From: Orbicella franksi
Taxonomy: Eukaryota
Assembly (NCBI GenBank): GCA_964199315.1
Contig: OZ116699.1
Location: 992,001-1,056,000 of the forward strand
Length of the DNA: 64,000 nucleotides
Direction of reading: 5' to 3'
Shown piece after piece: positions 22,378 to 33,635 of the stretch (its first letter is position 1; the number at the start of each line of letters is the position of its first letter). Below the pieces are notes generated by a model. That model searched no databases and had not been told where the DNA came from. It worked only from the letters and a program-made list of their open reading frames with translations. A program made the translations under genes and the position numbers.

Positions 22378-25008
22378 ATGTTCCGAATTTATCTATTGCT
22401 GTTGTCGTCATCCCTTCACTTTGAATCAATTTCAAGTAACCCAAAACGATTCTATAAACCAGGAAATGTGACGCTGGGTGTTATACTTCCACTTCATGTA
22501 AAGAACTCGGAGGATAACTGTGGTGAGTTCTACGCTTTTGGACTGGGCTATATCGAAGCCATAACTTTTGCTATCGAGCGAATTAACAACAACCCCAACC
22601 TGCTTCCAAACGTCACACTGGGATTTGACATTAGAGACTATTGTGATACACCTGTCCTGGCCATGAAAACGGCCAACGATTTAGTGAAGAGCAATTACCT
22701 TAACGAGCTCTTTGAAAGGCAAAAAGATGGTGGCACGTCGAAACGGGACTTTATATTACTCGTTCGGAATTTAACAGCGCCCATCTCTGCAGTGATTGGC
22801 ACGGAAGACTCAAGCAGCAGTACTCTGGTATCCAGTCTGCTACAAGTGGCTGGTATTCCAACAATAAGCCCGTTCGCTACCAGCGAGGAACTAAGTTCAC
22901 CATACTTTAATGCATTCTTCCGCACGATACCACCAGATGGGGAGCAGGCGAAGGCCATGGTGGACATTATAGAGCACTATCGATGGACCTACATTGCAGC
23001 CGTGGCCATCGATCATTCGTACGGTCGTTACGGTTTACGAGCGCTGGAGCGTGAAGCGTACGACCGCAAAACGTTTTGCATCGCGTTTTCGGAGTATTTC
23101 ACGCGCTCCGGCTACAAAGGAAAAATAAAAACGATCGTGACAAAGCTAAAAGCGGCCGAAAATATTAAAGTGATTGTTCTCTGGAGCAACTACGAACCCG
23201 CCAAACGATTTCTAAGAGAAGCAACTGCACAAGGTTTGAAAGGACGTACATTCCTCATCAGTGAAGCCATTGCCGTTATAAGTCCTGAAGTTCTGGAAGA
23301 AAATTCTGCAATTCTCAAGGGAGCGTTAGGAATAAGGCCACATCTATTCATTGACAAGCCATTTGAGGAACATCTCAAAGGAATCACAGTCAAGGACACC
23401 AGAGCAAGCGCTAATCCTTGGTGGGAAGAGTTCTGGGAGGAACACCTTAATTGCTCATGGCATCCTAGATCACGAGACGCGTGCAATGGCGGGGCAAAAG
23501 TAGACGAACGCGCCTTTTCCAAAATACATAATGCTTTCATTCCTTATCTAACCGATGCTACATTCGCTCTCGCGAACGCAATCGATTCCATGATTAAATG
23601 TAAAGAGCCTAAAGGTCTGTTAGAGGATGGAAAATGTCCAGACATAAATTCCATCACCAAACCCGAGGACACACTGCTGTACCTCAGAAATGTCAGATTT
23701 CATGGAGTCACAGGGAAGATACAATTTACCAAACATGGCGATCCACTCAGTTCATCTTACGACATTGTGAACTTTCAAAGACAGGGCCAACACTATGCAA
23801 CTGTCAAGGTGGGAACTTGGACCGGAGGGACAACCCATAAACTTACAATCGACAGTGAACTGATCAAATGGAGCGATCGCTCACTGGACACTGAATGCCC
23901 AGTGTCAACCTGCAGCTACAGCTGTCCACCCGGAACTAAGCAGACTGTAACTGTGTCTTGCTGTTGGGAGTGCATCAAATGTCCAGTCGGTAGCATTAGC
24001 ACGCAGTACAGCTCGCCAAACTGCTCTCAATGCCCTGAGCAGCATATGTCTAACAAAGATGGCACTGCATGCCTGCCTCTACCAGTCATCAACATTCAAT
24101 GGACAGACACTACTGCTGTGGTATATATAGTACTAACAGCAGTCGGCTTATTTGGGACAAGCGTGACTTTCGCTATTTTCTTCAAGAATCAAAACACTCC
24201 GATAGTCAAGGCTTCCAATCGCGAACTGAGCTTCCTCTTGTTGTTTACAATCGCGTTGTGTTTCGTGTTGACTTTGCTCCACTTGATCCAGCCCACGACA
24301 ATTCTATGCTGCATTGTGTATCCCTGGAGGTATTTCATTAACACGGCGTGCGTGTCGATCCTGTTTCTAAAGACAAACCGTCTGGTCCGAGCATTTCAAA
24401 CTGATATCATCCCCAACTGGTTCAAGAGATACGTCGTGGACCGAAGGCGTCAATTTCTAGTTGTCCTTCTGCTGAACATTGTTGAAGTCATCCTCTCGGC
24501 ATTATGGCTCGCGCTGGATCCTCCCTGCGTGCACCACGAGATTCGCCCACAGACGCATCTGTTCCACACCTGCTTGCCATTTACAACCACTGTGGGAAAA
24601 ATTCTTAGAACAGTCATGTTCTCATACTTCATATTCCTCTCCTTATTATCAGCTATCTACGCCTTCAAAGCAAGACGACTGCCCGAGAATTTCAACGAAG
24701 CAAGATACATCGGGCTGGCGATGTATGTTTTGCTCATCTCCTGGGTGTCATTTTACCCAGTGGATTCGTCCTTAGAGGGGTTTTACACCACCATAGTGGC
24801 ATGCGCCACAGCCCTGGTCACCGCTTATGGACTGCTCTTGTGTATTTTCGCTCCAAAACTCTTTGTTATCATCTTTCATCCGGAGCAGAATACAAACGAG
24901 TTTATGAAAGCTGAAATCGGACATTTTTCATCAAACATCTCCGCGACACCAAAGATTCACATGAGGGTCCGCCCTGTCACTGGCATTGAAAATGACTGTA
25001 GTATTTGA
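22378..25008 (+). CDS. Class C GPCR, calcium-sensing receptor/GPRC6A-like; 876 aa, single coding exon
   Basis: Signal peptide; Venus flytrap domain (LLPNVTLGFDIRDYC, FFRTIPPD, NPWWEEFW); nine-cysteine domain (CSYSCPPG..SCCWECIKC..CSQC..C); 7TM with KASNRELS, KARRLPENFNEARYI and FAPKL. Confidence 0.97.
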   Translation: MFRIYLLLLSSSLHFESISSNPKRFYKPGNVTLGVILPLHVKNSEDNCGEFYAFGLGYIEAITFAIERINNNPNLLPNVTLGFDIRDYCDTPVLAMKTANDLVKSNYLNELFERQKDGGTSKRDFILLVRNLTAPISAVIGTEDSSSSTLVSSLLQVAGIPTISPFATSEELSSPYFNAFFRTIPPDGEQAKAMVDIIEHYRWTYIAAVAIDHSYGRYGLRALEREAYDRKTFCIAFSEYFTRSGYKGKIKTIVTKLKAAENIKVIVLWSNYEPAKRFLREATAQGLKGRTFLISEAIAVISPEVLEENSAILKGALGIRPHLFIDKPFEEHLKGITVKDTRASANPWWEEFWEEHLNCSWHPRSRDACNGGAKVDERAFSKIHNAFIPYLTDATFALANAIDSMIKCKEPKGLLEDGKCPDINSITKPEDTLLYLRNVRFHGVTGKIQFTKHGDPLSSSYDIVNFQRQGQHYATVKVGTWTGGTTHKLTIDSELIKWSDRSLDTECPVSTCSYSCPPGTKQTVTVSCCWECIKCPVGSISTQYSSPNCSQCPEQHMSNKDGTACLPLPVINIQWTDTTAVVYIVLTAVGLFGTSVTFAIFFKNQNTPIVKASNRELSFLLLFTIALCFVLTLLHLIQPTTILCCIVYPWRYFINTACVSILFLKTNRLVRAFQTDIIPNWFKRYVVDRRRQFLVVLLLNIVEVILSALWLALDPPCVHHEIRPQTHLFHTCLPFTTTVGKILRTVMFSYFIFLSLLSAIYAFKARRLPENFNEARYIGLAMYVLLISWVSFYPVDSSLEGFYTTIVACATALVTAYGLLLCIFAPKLFVIIFHPEQNTNEFMKAEIGHFSSNISATPKIHMRVRPVTGIENDCSI

Positions 25009-25464
25009 CTTGTATGCATTTGCAACTGAAATACAGAAATGCAAATGAGTTAATGATGTACAATCAAGGCCACTCTTAGTAGAACGAGACACTTGGTTAC
25101 AAAATGAGATACAGTGGAAGATTGATAAGAGAAAAGTGTCAAGTACTTGTTTGACAAAGGAGATCAAGATTGTGGGAGAATTGAATTGACGTGAAAAATT
25201 AGTAAGCTATTTCTTGTTCTTATGAGCTTTCATTTGACACCTTTGATGAGACCATCGCTAGTAGACATGGCATTATCATCAATTCAGAATGAAACTGATG
25301 CAATTAGCCTAAGAGCATCAAGCCACTCAACTCAACTGGGTCAATTCTGACGTTACATTACATTTTGGCAGCGCTCATGAGAGTTTAAAAATTACAAAGT
25401 GAAACAAATTGGACCTATTATATGAGGCATTGTTTACTACCACCTAAGTGACTTCAGATAACAT

Positions 25465-25897
25465 AATAGGCCCTTTGCAGCTAAGCCATCACGTGACCTA
25501 TTTTTCATAAAATTATGGGCTACAACTTAAAGAATGCCAGAAATGGAAAGAGCGCATCGAAAATATCAAAATGGCCAAGTTTGAGGCCGCCATCATTAAA
25601 GAAGGAGATTTTATGACGCTCCAAAGTTTTAAAAGAATAAGAAGATTTGTATGGAAAAAGTTGTTGGAGAGCAAGGCCTTGCTCTCCAGCAACATTTTCC
25701 ATACAAATCCTCTAAATTTTCTGAAAATTCAAACAGTCATATAAACTTACTCTTTAATTCCACGGGCCTCAAACTTGGCCATTTTGGTATTTTCGATGCG
25801 CTCTTTCCATTTCTGGCATTCTTTAAGTTAAAGCCCATAATATAGAAATTTTATAGGAAAAATCTGGTCACGTGACCCCAGCTGCAAAGGGCCTATT
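25465..25897. mobile_element. Foldback MITE (~430 bp, near-complete palindrome; PIF/Harbinger-like ends)
   Basis: Ends are AATAGGCCCTTTGCAGCT / AGCTGCAAAGGGCCTATT. The arms pair over most of their length, and the centre is GGAGAGCAAGGCCTTGCTCTCC. Confidence 0.92.
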
Positions 25898-27668
25898 CAC
25901 GCATAACTAGAGAATATTTTTAACTGCCAATCATATTAATCAATAAGGGAAAGTATGTTATACAAGTGCAGTATAGACAAATGAAACAACCTACTTAGAA
26001 ATTACCCCAAAACCACAGTTAGCCAATCAGAACCCTTGTCTACGTCATAACGTTTTCCTGCGATGTCAAGTCACTGTCCTGATTAGGATATTATTATTTT
26101 TCACCAAATTTGGCTGAATACTCAGTTGTACCTCTTTGGCACACCTCGGCAGCTTATTTGAACTCGTAATGAGTATCTTGGCTCGTCCCGCAAAATACGA
26201 TCCATGACTTGTCCAGACTCGCCTGATATCAAAATGGTATAAAATCAGTCACGAATGTAATTCAAGCTCACACAGTGGAGTACAAAAAATGTCTCAAATG
26301 AGGAAGAAAAAAACCCGGAAAACCCCTCCCACTATGAATGTTAACGTAGAGACATTCCGGTTTGAAACACAGGCCCCGACCTCCGGTATAAGCTTCCCCC
26401 GCTCCAGCCTTTTCACAGAATATTACGTTCTCATCTAATTGGCCTTATACCCGAGAATAATTATATATTGCACAGCTAGACGTTCAAACAATATGCGTAC
26501 CGACAATGTATTTTCGATCAGAGCCTTCAAGTAGGTTAATGTCAGCTCCTTTTGTTGTGTATTGAGCCCCGGGTTAGTATGGCATCATGAATACTGCTTG
26601 GGTGCTGTAGGAAACTGGTAAAACAGGCAACTTGAACTCTGGATTGCATATAAGATAGTGTGTAGAAGTTACCTGCTAGTAATTATAAGTCTGTTGTGAT
26701 TGTAGGTTATATAAACAAAGTTACAATATCGATACAAAAACGAAACTAGCTACTGATGACAAATGACGACAAGATTAACCAGAATAGGTCTGATGTATGA
26801 TTTAGTCACATGCTCAAATTTCGTCACCAAGCCTCGTTTATGCGAAATTTTCTCAAACCTCTGGCACCTTCGTGCTGTTTTCACATCTTTGCTCCTTTGG
26901 GAATTTTTCCATGATAAAATTTACAACTTGCATATTCTTAGAGACTTTGGTGATGAAATCTGCTTGTCTAATGTCATTATACATGAGGGCTAATAATATA
27001 AGATATAAAAGGTTAACAGTATGGTAGGTGAATTAACGTTATACAGTGAAGATCAATCATTAACACGTTTGCTGTCCTGTTAGAGCTATTTCTAAACTAG
27101 TGCGATAAATAATGTTAAAAATGTACAAAACATAATTGTACTTGTGTTTTGATCTTTTCCTTTGACCTACTTCAGTTCCAGTATGTTCTGTTGCTGGGGA
27201 TTTTGAAATATTCCGGAGATCCACGAGTCCATCACCTAAAGCGTGCAACTCCCATACTATGTCACGCGAAATAGGTCAGTTCCTATCAATCATGTTCCTA
27301 AGATCCACGCGTTTTCGGTCAGCGGGGTCCCTACGCCCTACGCTCTGACCAGGATTTTCTGGTTACAGTTAATCTGTGTGCATGCCTTTAAGTTCAATAA
27401 CGGTTTCTGACATGCGTAGAGAAAGCTCTACCGCTCCCTACTTCCTGCTCCTATCTAGCCATATTTACTGCGGACAAATAGCTCTTTTCCATTAAGTTTG
27501 TCTGAGTCACAGGGGATGTTTAATTTGGCTCAAATTTGTCAAAATTCCAAACAAAAATTTGAAAGCCAGCTTACCGTAATTATCAACCCGTGCATCCCTT
27601 CTCTGATAAAGCAGGCTGTTTCAGCCAATCAGAGTGCGCGTTGTATGGGAACTTTGTTATAATTCGCA

Positions 27669-27935
27669 TTAACCCATTGACGCCTGTGCCGGCCGTAACC
27701 GGTCGTGACGAGCGTTGGCCTTTGTTCCACTTCTGGCATCATCACCACTGACCAAAAGTGGCATAATCTATACTCAAGTTCTGCAAGAGTAAAAGATCTT
27801 TGCAATGATACCCAGATTAGAGTGATCGGCTCAATGGAGCCTGAAATATCATGCACGAAAATGCTCAGAAATTTGAGTGAAAAACTTGGAGTAAAATTTC
27901 CTGCGACTACATTTGGCTACTCAATGGTAAAAAAA
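27669..27935. mobile_element. Possible truncated piggyBac-like non-autonomous element
   Basis: Begins TTAA-CCCATTGACGCC, a piggyBac-style end. No matching right end found, so the right boundary is approximate. Confidence 0.3.
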
Positions 27936-28198
27936 AGTAGGTCCGCAATGCGAACATGTGTCTAGTGTGGGACTGATACTAGGAATTGATAGTTTACATG
28001 CAGATGTTGTTATGCCCTGAGAAATTTCTTGTGATTAATTTAATTGTGGGTTCTAAACATAGGTTTGTATTTTGTTATTATTCATTTCTATTATTGGGTT
28101 GAAAAGCTTAGTGTTGTAGTGTTGTTGCCCCATGCAGGCGTAAGAAATGGTTTTATCAATAACAACTCAAGGTCATTGATAATTGTTTATGCAAAGTT

Positions 28199-28520
28199 GA
28201 GTATCAGGTGTTTCTTTCTGCCACTTTTATATTTTGTTGCTTTTTTATTTTGTCGTTATTTTCCCTCGTTCCCACTATTTTTTTCCTTGGTGCCATAACA
28301 CGAATATGTCTCAAAATGAACTAACATATATACAAATGGAAACAGGTATGTCAGGATAGTTTTTTCATGCAGAGTGGAGTATCAGGTGTTTTCATACTTC
28401 GTTTCTTTTTTATTTCGTCGATATTTTCCCTCGCCCCACTAATTTTTCCTGGGTAACATAGCATGAATATGTCCCAAAATGAACTAACATATATTATACA
28501 TATGGAAACAGGTATGTCAG
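28199..28520 (+). repeat. Two-copy tandem duplication, period ~178 bp
   Basis: GAGTATCAGGTGTTT starts at 28199 and 28377. Both copies contain AAAATGAACTAACATAT..ATGGAAACAGGTATGTCAG. Confidence 0.85.
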
Positions 28521-28542
28521 AAAAAGTGGCAAAGCACTAGCA

Positions 28543-29136
28543 TTAGGAAACATTTCTGACTGGTTCTATAGAGTGGAATACCAGCAATGAGGTTCATCTC
28601 ACATTCGCATGCTTATCTGGCTAAAAAATACACCAGTACTTTTATTTCCTAATAAAATGATGATGATGCGATTTTCGAAGACTTTATTGATAGCAGTAAT
28701 TGTTGTCAATTGCCGGTTAATGCCCGGAACTGTAAAAGCTGGTTAACAGGCAGATTTACAGGCACTCTCATACCTGTAAAAAGAAATCAAACGATGAATG
28801 TCGATTTAATTACCCACAACCACCTATAAGTCAACTGAAATACTTTATCCCTTGGAGAATAATACACCTCGACACAACATAAAACAACACAAAGAAACCG
28901 GGAAAACTAAATTAAATGATTTGAAAGAAGGTGAATGTATTTAACATTTGAGGAACTGCTACTGAAGTTAAAAGTTACTGAAAGTAACTATAATTGGCTA
29001 TGAAATCAGCATGCATTAAACTCTCCAGCCACCTTTTTGACGCGACAACCATATGAATTAAGGATCAATAATTGTAATGTTACTTGTCCAGCTTAAGGCT
29101 TGGAGAGTAAATATGGACATCCAGTTTGTCCTCGAT
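28543..29136 (+). pseudogene. Decayed Helitron/Helentron Rep (HUH endonuclease) fragment
   Basis: Translation across frameshifts gives LGNISDWFYRVEYQQ*GSSHIRMLIWL (Rep motif 2), VNRQIYRHSHTCKKKSNDECRFNYPQPP, LNDLKEGE, QPYELRINN and KAWRVNMDIQFVLD. In-frame TGA at 28588-28590. Confidence 0.9.
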
Positions 29137-32100
29137 GGGGCCCGAGATCGATCTAAAACAGGAAAGTATCTTTTAAAGTATTACAGTCCTCCACGTTGAC
29201 GAGTAATCCGAAAGCCGTGGCTTAGTGAAAAAGTATTTCTTAAGAGAAACATAATAAAGGTTAATAAAAGATAGAAAGCACTGGTTTACTCACCACAATA
29301 CTCTCTTCCCGACTCCTTCTGTGAAACAGCGTGAAAGCAAAATATGTCTTGACCTCTCTCTTCGTCAATACTTCGACAGAAAACCAATGTGTCTTGAAGG
29401 GACGGTAATTTTCGTAGTGACGCTTATCTCGGATTTAGTGACGCTAACAAACCGCCTAAAGCAAAAATATTTAACCCTTTCTTCTCGAACACTTCAAAAC
29501 CACACTGCTCAGACAATTTCAAATGATGCTAATTGTCGTAATACGAAGATTTTGTGACGCCAAGAGGATTGGTCCAAATATTTGCTTTGACTGTTCGGGT
29601 GACCGCTCGAGTAGACTGACGAGTAACGGCGACATATCGATTTGGTTACGCATTCTTATTTGGGGTCTTCTTCTTCATGTAACTTGTCACGAAAGGAGAA
29701 TTCGTTGAAACTATTAGAGCAAGACGTCATATTTTGCCGTACATGAAGTAGTTACCTATCTTTTATTATCACTTTTACATTGTCTAGTGCTTTTGCACTA
29801 GAAACAAAAGTTGCTGGTCTCGATGATGCTTTCTCAGAATTTTTTGTACTGAAAGCAATCCCAGTAAAAGGTCAATCACTGCAGCAAAAAAGGGAAGAAA
29901 AGGAGTAAAAGGAAAGGAGGCACTGTTACCAGGAATCACTGCAGAAACTGTTTTCAACGTAATAATCTTAGCTGTTGTGTAACGACCCTACCCTCTACAA
30001 AACAAAAACAAATGCCAGGAATTTAAATTATCGCCGTATTTTGATGGGGGCTGTATTGTGGTACCCATGCCCTCTCGCGTGGATATAACGCCAGCGACTT
30101 GGAGCACGCGCAGTGGATCATTTTGGGTTGATGAACGGAGCTTTAAAAAACATATGGAGCATGGACAGAATCGTGTGTTTTCATTTGTAAAATACAAATT
30201 ATTCTGACAGTTTCGCTAAGTAGAGGTAACAGGGGAAAAGCAATTACCTATGAGTTAACTCAAGGTTTCAAATCGACCTAACTCGATAAATGACTTAATG
30301 AGGTCGTTAATCATCTGACATGTTGTGACGGCGAGATGAAACTTGCCCGGCGCTGCATTAATGTGCGTTTTAAAATACCTATTATTGTTAGGTAAAAAAT
30401 ATCTAATTACGCTGGACAAATCTATCTGGTCAGTCTTCAGTATCACTGCATGAAGTAGGACCTAATTCTTCAAACAAAATGAGCGCGGGCGCTTCTATTT
30501 CTGTTTTCCTCGTATCTTCACATTGAGCACCGCATCAAAGGTCCGCTGGAGGAGGGAGAGGGGGTTCTCAACTTTCAAGTTGAGTACTTCAGTAAATGTG
30601 CTGCAAATAAGAAATCCATCCAACAACCGCAGTTTGTAAACTTGCAGTTCAGTGATTGATTCAGTTCAGCGCTGTGCAGACAATGCCTTAAATTATTACC
30701 TAGCTAATTCAAGACAGAGTTTCTTGTGGCCAAGGTACATAATACCGTGAACTAGAAAGGACTTGTTTAACTTCCTGCCCACAGTACAAGTTTGGCGGGA
30801 GGGATATTTGTACTCGTTTCACAATCATTTCAGCTCTACTCAAGAGTGGAGTTGGATAATACAAAGCTGTATGGATCAATCTACGGAAAGGTTTTCATAT
30901 CATGTGTCAGATAACGGTTGAAAGTAAATTTGATGAATGAACCCTTTTCATTTTGGTTTAATTGGAAAACGTTTTACCCGTTTTGCCCTATAATCATTTG
31001 CCGCTAAACGTTTTGCATTTGTTAAAGAAAGCAGAAAAATGTTCGGTTTTGCTCAGTATTAAATTTAAAGTTGGCAACTCTGGTAAACAGCTCACTTCGT
31101 CTTTCTCGGTCTTGTTTCACAGTACTCGCCAAACTGTCTTAAGAAAGTAGATGAAATACAAACATTTTGAAGCCTTTAACGTCGCTAATTAGACAGGGCA
31201 AGCCAATAACAACACGTGAAAAGATTTCGAACCATTCTTCTCTTCGTTAAAACTGTAAGCATCCTCTTGTTGAGTGTAATTTGTTTCTTAAACCGCAGAT
31301 GACAAATTCCCAGTCTCAACGAGTGAAGAACCAGAGCTAAAGAGGAACACAGGCCCAGGAGGTAGTCCATTGTGGCAACACATGATTGAGTCACTAACAC
31401 AATGGCCGACCATTTTCTTCAATAATGTGAGTTTGTCTTTCTCTTTGACAAAAGAAAATTCAACAAAGCGCTGATTTGGTCGTTGAGTAAGGAACAATGG
31501 GCCCATGGGCCTCACTTAGATAAACACGTGGAAACTTTAATTGTCACTTGTTTTCTGCATAATCGCTTTAACATTACAGACGCGTCAATTGGTTTTGTGG
31601 CACGCTTCTGGGCTGATAGAAATGGACTCTTTTTCTGTGTCCTTGACCGCTGCATGCCTAGCACGCTTTTCATGGAACAGAATATATTGCTCTACATCAG
31701 CTGCGAGAGCAAACCAGATATTAGTTCCCTCGTTAATCCTCAAATTTGCACGCTAATACCTCAGTTGACCTTTTACAACAGGGAACAATTTACTCCTTCG
31801 TGCAATGCATGGCGCAAATTAAATTTGAATTTAGCCGGACAATGAGTTGGCACTTTTAACTTCTGGTGGGCCGGGAGGTTCTGTCGACTGTCTTTGATCA
31901 CAGCTTAAACCTCCATTTACGACAAAGACGACAAAATTATTCTTTAATTAATGTCACTCAAGCGTAGCCAAGAATCCTGATACTGGATTGTCCTCAAAGT
32001 TGAGTGAGTGACAATGAGTATCGAATCTTCTAGCTTCTTTTATCATGAATATTGGATGTTAATAACGCAATCGAGACCTGTAGTTTCTTATAAGCACTGT

Positions 32101-33621
32101 TTCTTTTTATGTTTTGTTTTTCGTATAACTTCATCTCGCCTTCACTCTTAATGTTTATCAAGTTGACAAAATGATATAAATTCAATTAAAAAGTCGTTTG
32201 TAGTATTTTTAGCAGTTGGTTTATTTCATTGTTTTGCCGTATTAAAGTTGACTTTACTTTAGGGGTAATATGTTCGGACGAAATTGTTCAATGTTTCTTA
32301 AAGTTGCTGGCACCTGACACCGTAGTTATGGCCCGAGGCAATCGTAACCTCTCCGTTAATGTATCTTGATATTTACAGTCACCTATATTGCACCTTCAAT
32401 GACTTTAAAGATTTCACGTCTCGATTAAAAATTCTAGACGCAACTTTAATTTACTTTAGTTTGAATTTTGCGTGTAAAATACTCTATGGATTTAAAGTGA
32501 AAGTTAGCCTGCCGAACGACGGATTATTTTTTTTCAGTGCGTCTAGGCGAAACTCCATAGTTTAAATAATAATACATAGTTCGTTATCATATTTCAATCG
32601 GAAAATAATAAATACCATTTTGAACTAAAATGATGATGAATAATCTTTTTTTTTTTAATCTAATGTTGCCTATGATTTACATTTTGGTTCTCGTTAGGCT
32701 CAAATTTAGGCATAATATTCAGGTTTCCGTCTTCTTTGTGCGTGGAATGTTAGTTAATACACACGCAGATATAGCAATTTTGTCTTAAAATTCGTATCGT
32801 ACCGGATCATCAGTTTAGTTAAGTTGCCAGATGTTGTAATGTATTTTTCTAGCCTTATGTTTGTTATAAACGCCTACGGTAACTACATCTTGATACAATC
32901 GATGTTTTTAATTCCAGTTTAACAATGCCCGGCCTTAGAACTCGGATCATTTCGTCAATTCTGCGGTAAAAGATGGTTCGCGAAAGCATTGTTACTCCGT
33001 GCAACTCTGCGCAAAACAACATGAGCACAGACAATTGTAAGCTCTATTAGATTACGGACCAGTCTTGGTAATTGCCAACAGTTTGGCTATTTTTCTCGTG
33101 GGAAATCCTCTTATGCTTAAGCGGAAACTACCCAGCGCATTAAAGCAACAATCAGAATTAAAACGCGGGCTTCAGTAAAGTTGATTTAAGACAAAGCGCG
33201 CCCAATATTCACTACACCCCCGCAGCTGATGAAGGCTTTCAAAAAAGAAGAAATTTTACACACACCAAATGAGTCAGGTATTCAAACGTGTTAAGAAGGA
33301 GGAAAGGAGATATTGACAGGGGTAATTATGGCACGTTTGGTTTAACAAGTCTCCAATTCGCCTTGATGAAATAGTGATTAGTTGCTAAGAACAGACAAAT
33401 CTACTTTGCACTCTGTACTAGCTCCTACAACGATGGAAATACACGCCTTGTGATTACTTATGCAACTGGAAATTTCACTTCGAAGCGGCTTTTTTGGAAC
33501 TCATTAAATTTATCATTTTGAACAGAATATTACCAATTAAAGTTGCTCTTTAAAAGCCACGCTTTGAGGAAACAAACTTGAGTGTGTGAACAAGGCCGCA
33601 AAGCATTGTGTCAATGACGGA

Positions 33622-33635
33622 GTTACCATGGCGAC
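33622..33635. promoter_or_regulatory. RFX X-box-like motif
   Basis: GTTACCATGGCGAC, close to the palindromic consensus GTTGCCATGGCAAC. CATTGT (Sox-type) motifs flank it at both sides. Confidence 0.4.

Noticed and set aside
15577-25167. Short ORFs antisense to or overlapping the two GPCRs (e.g. 15577-15810, 22695-22967, 23190-23540)
   Set aside because: Shadow ORFs of real coding sequence.
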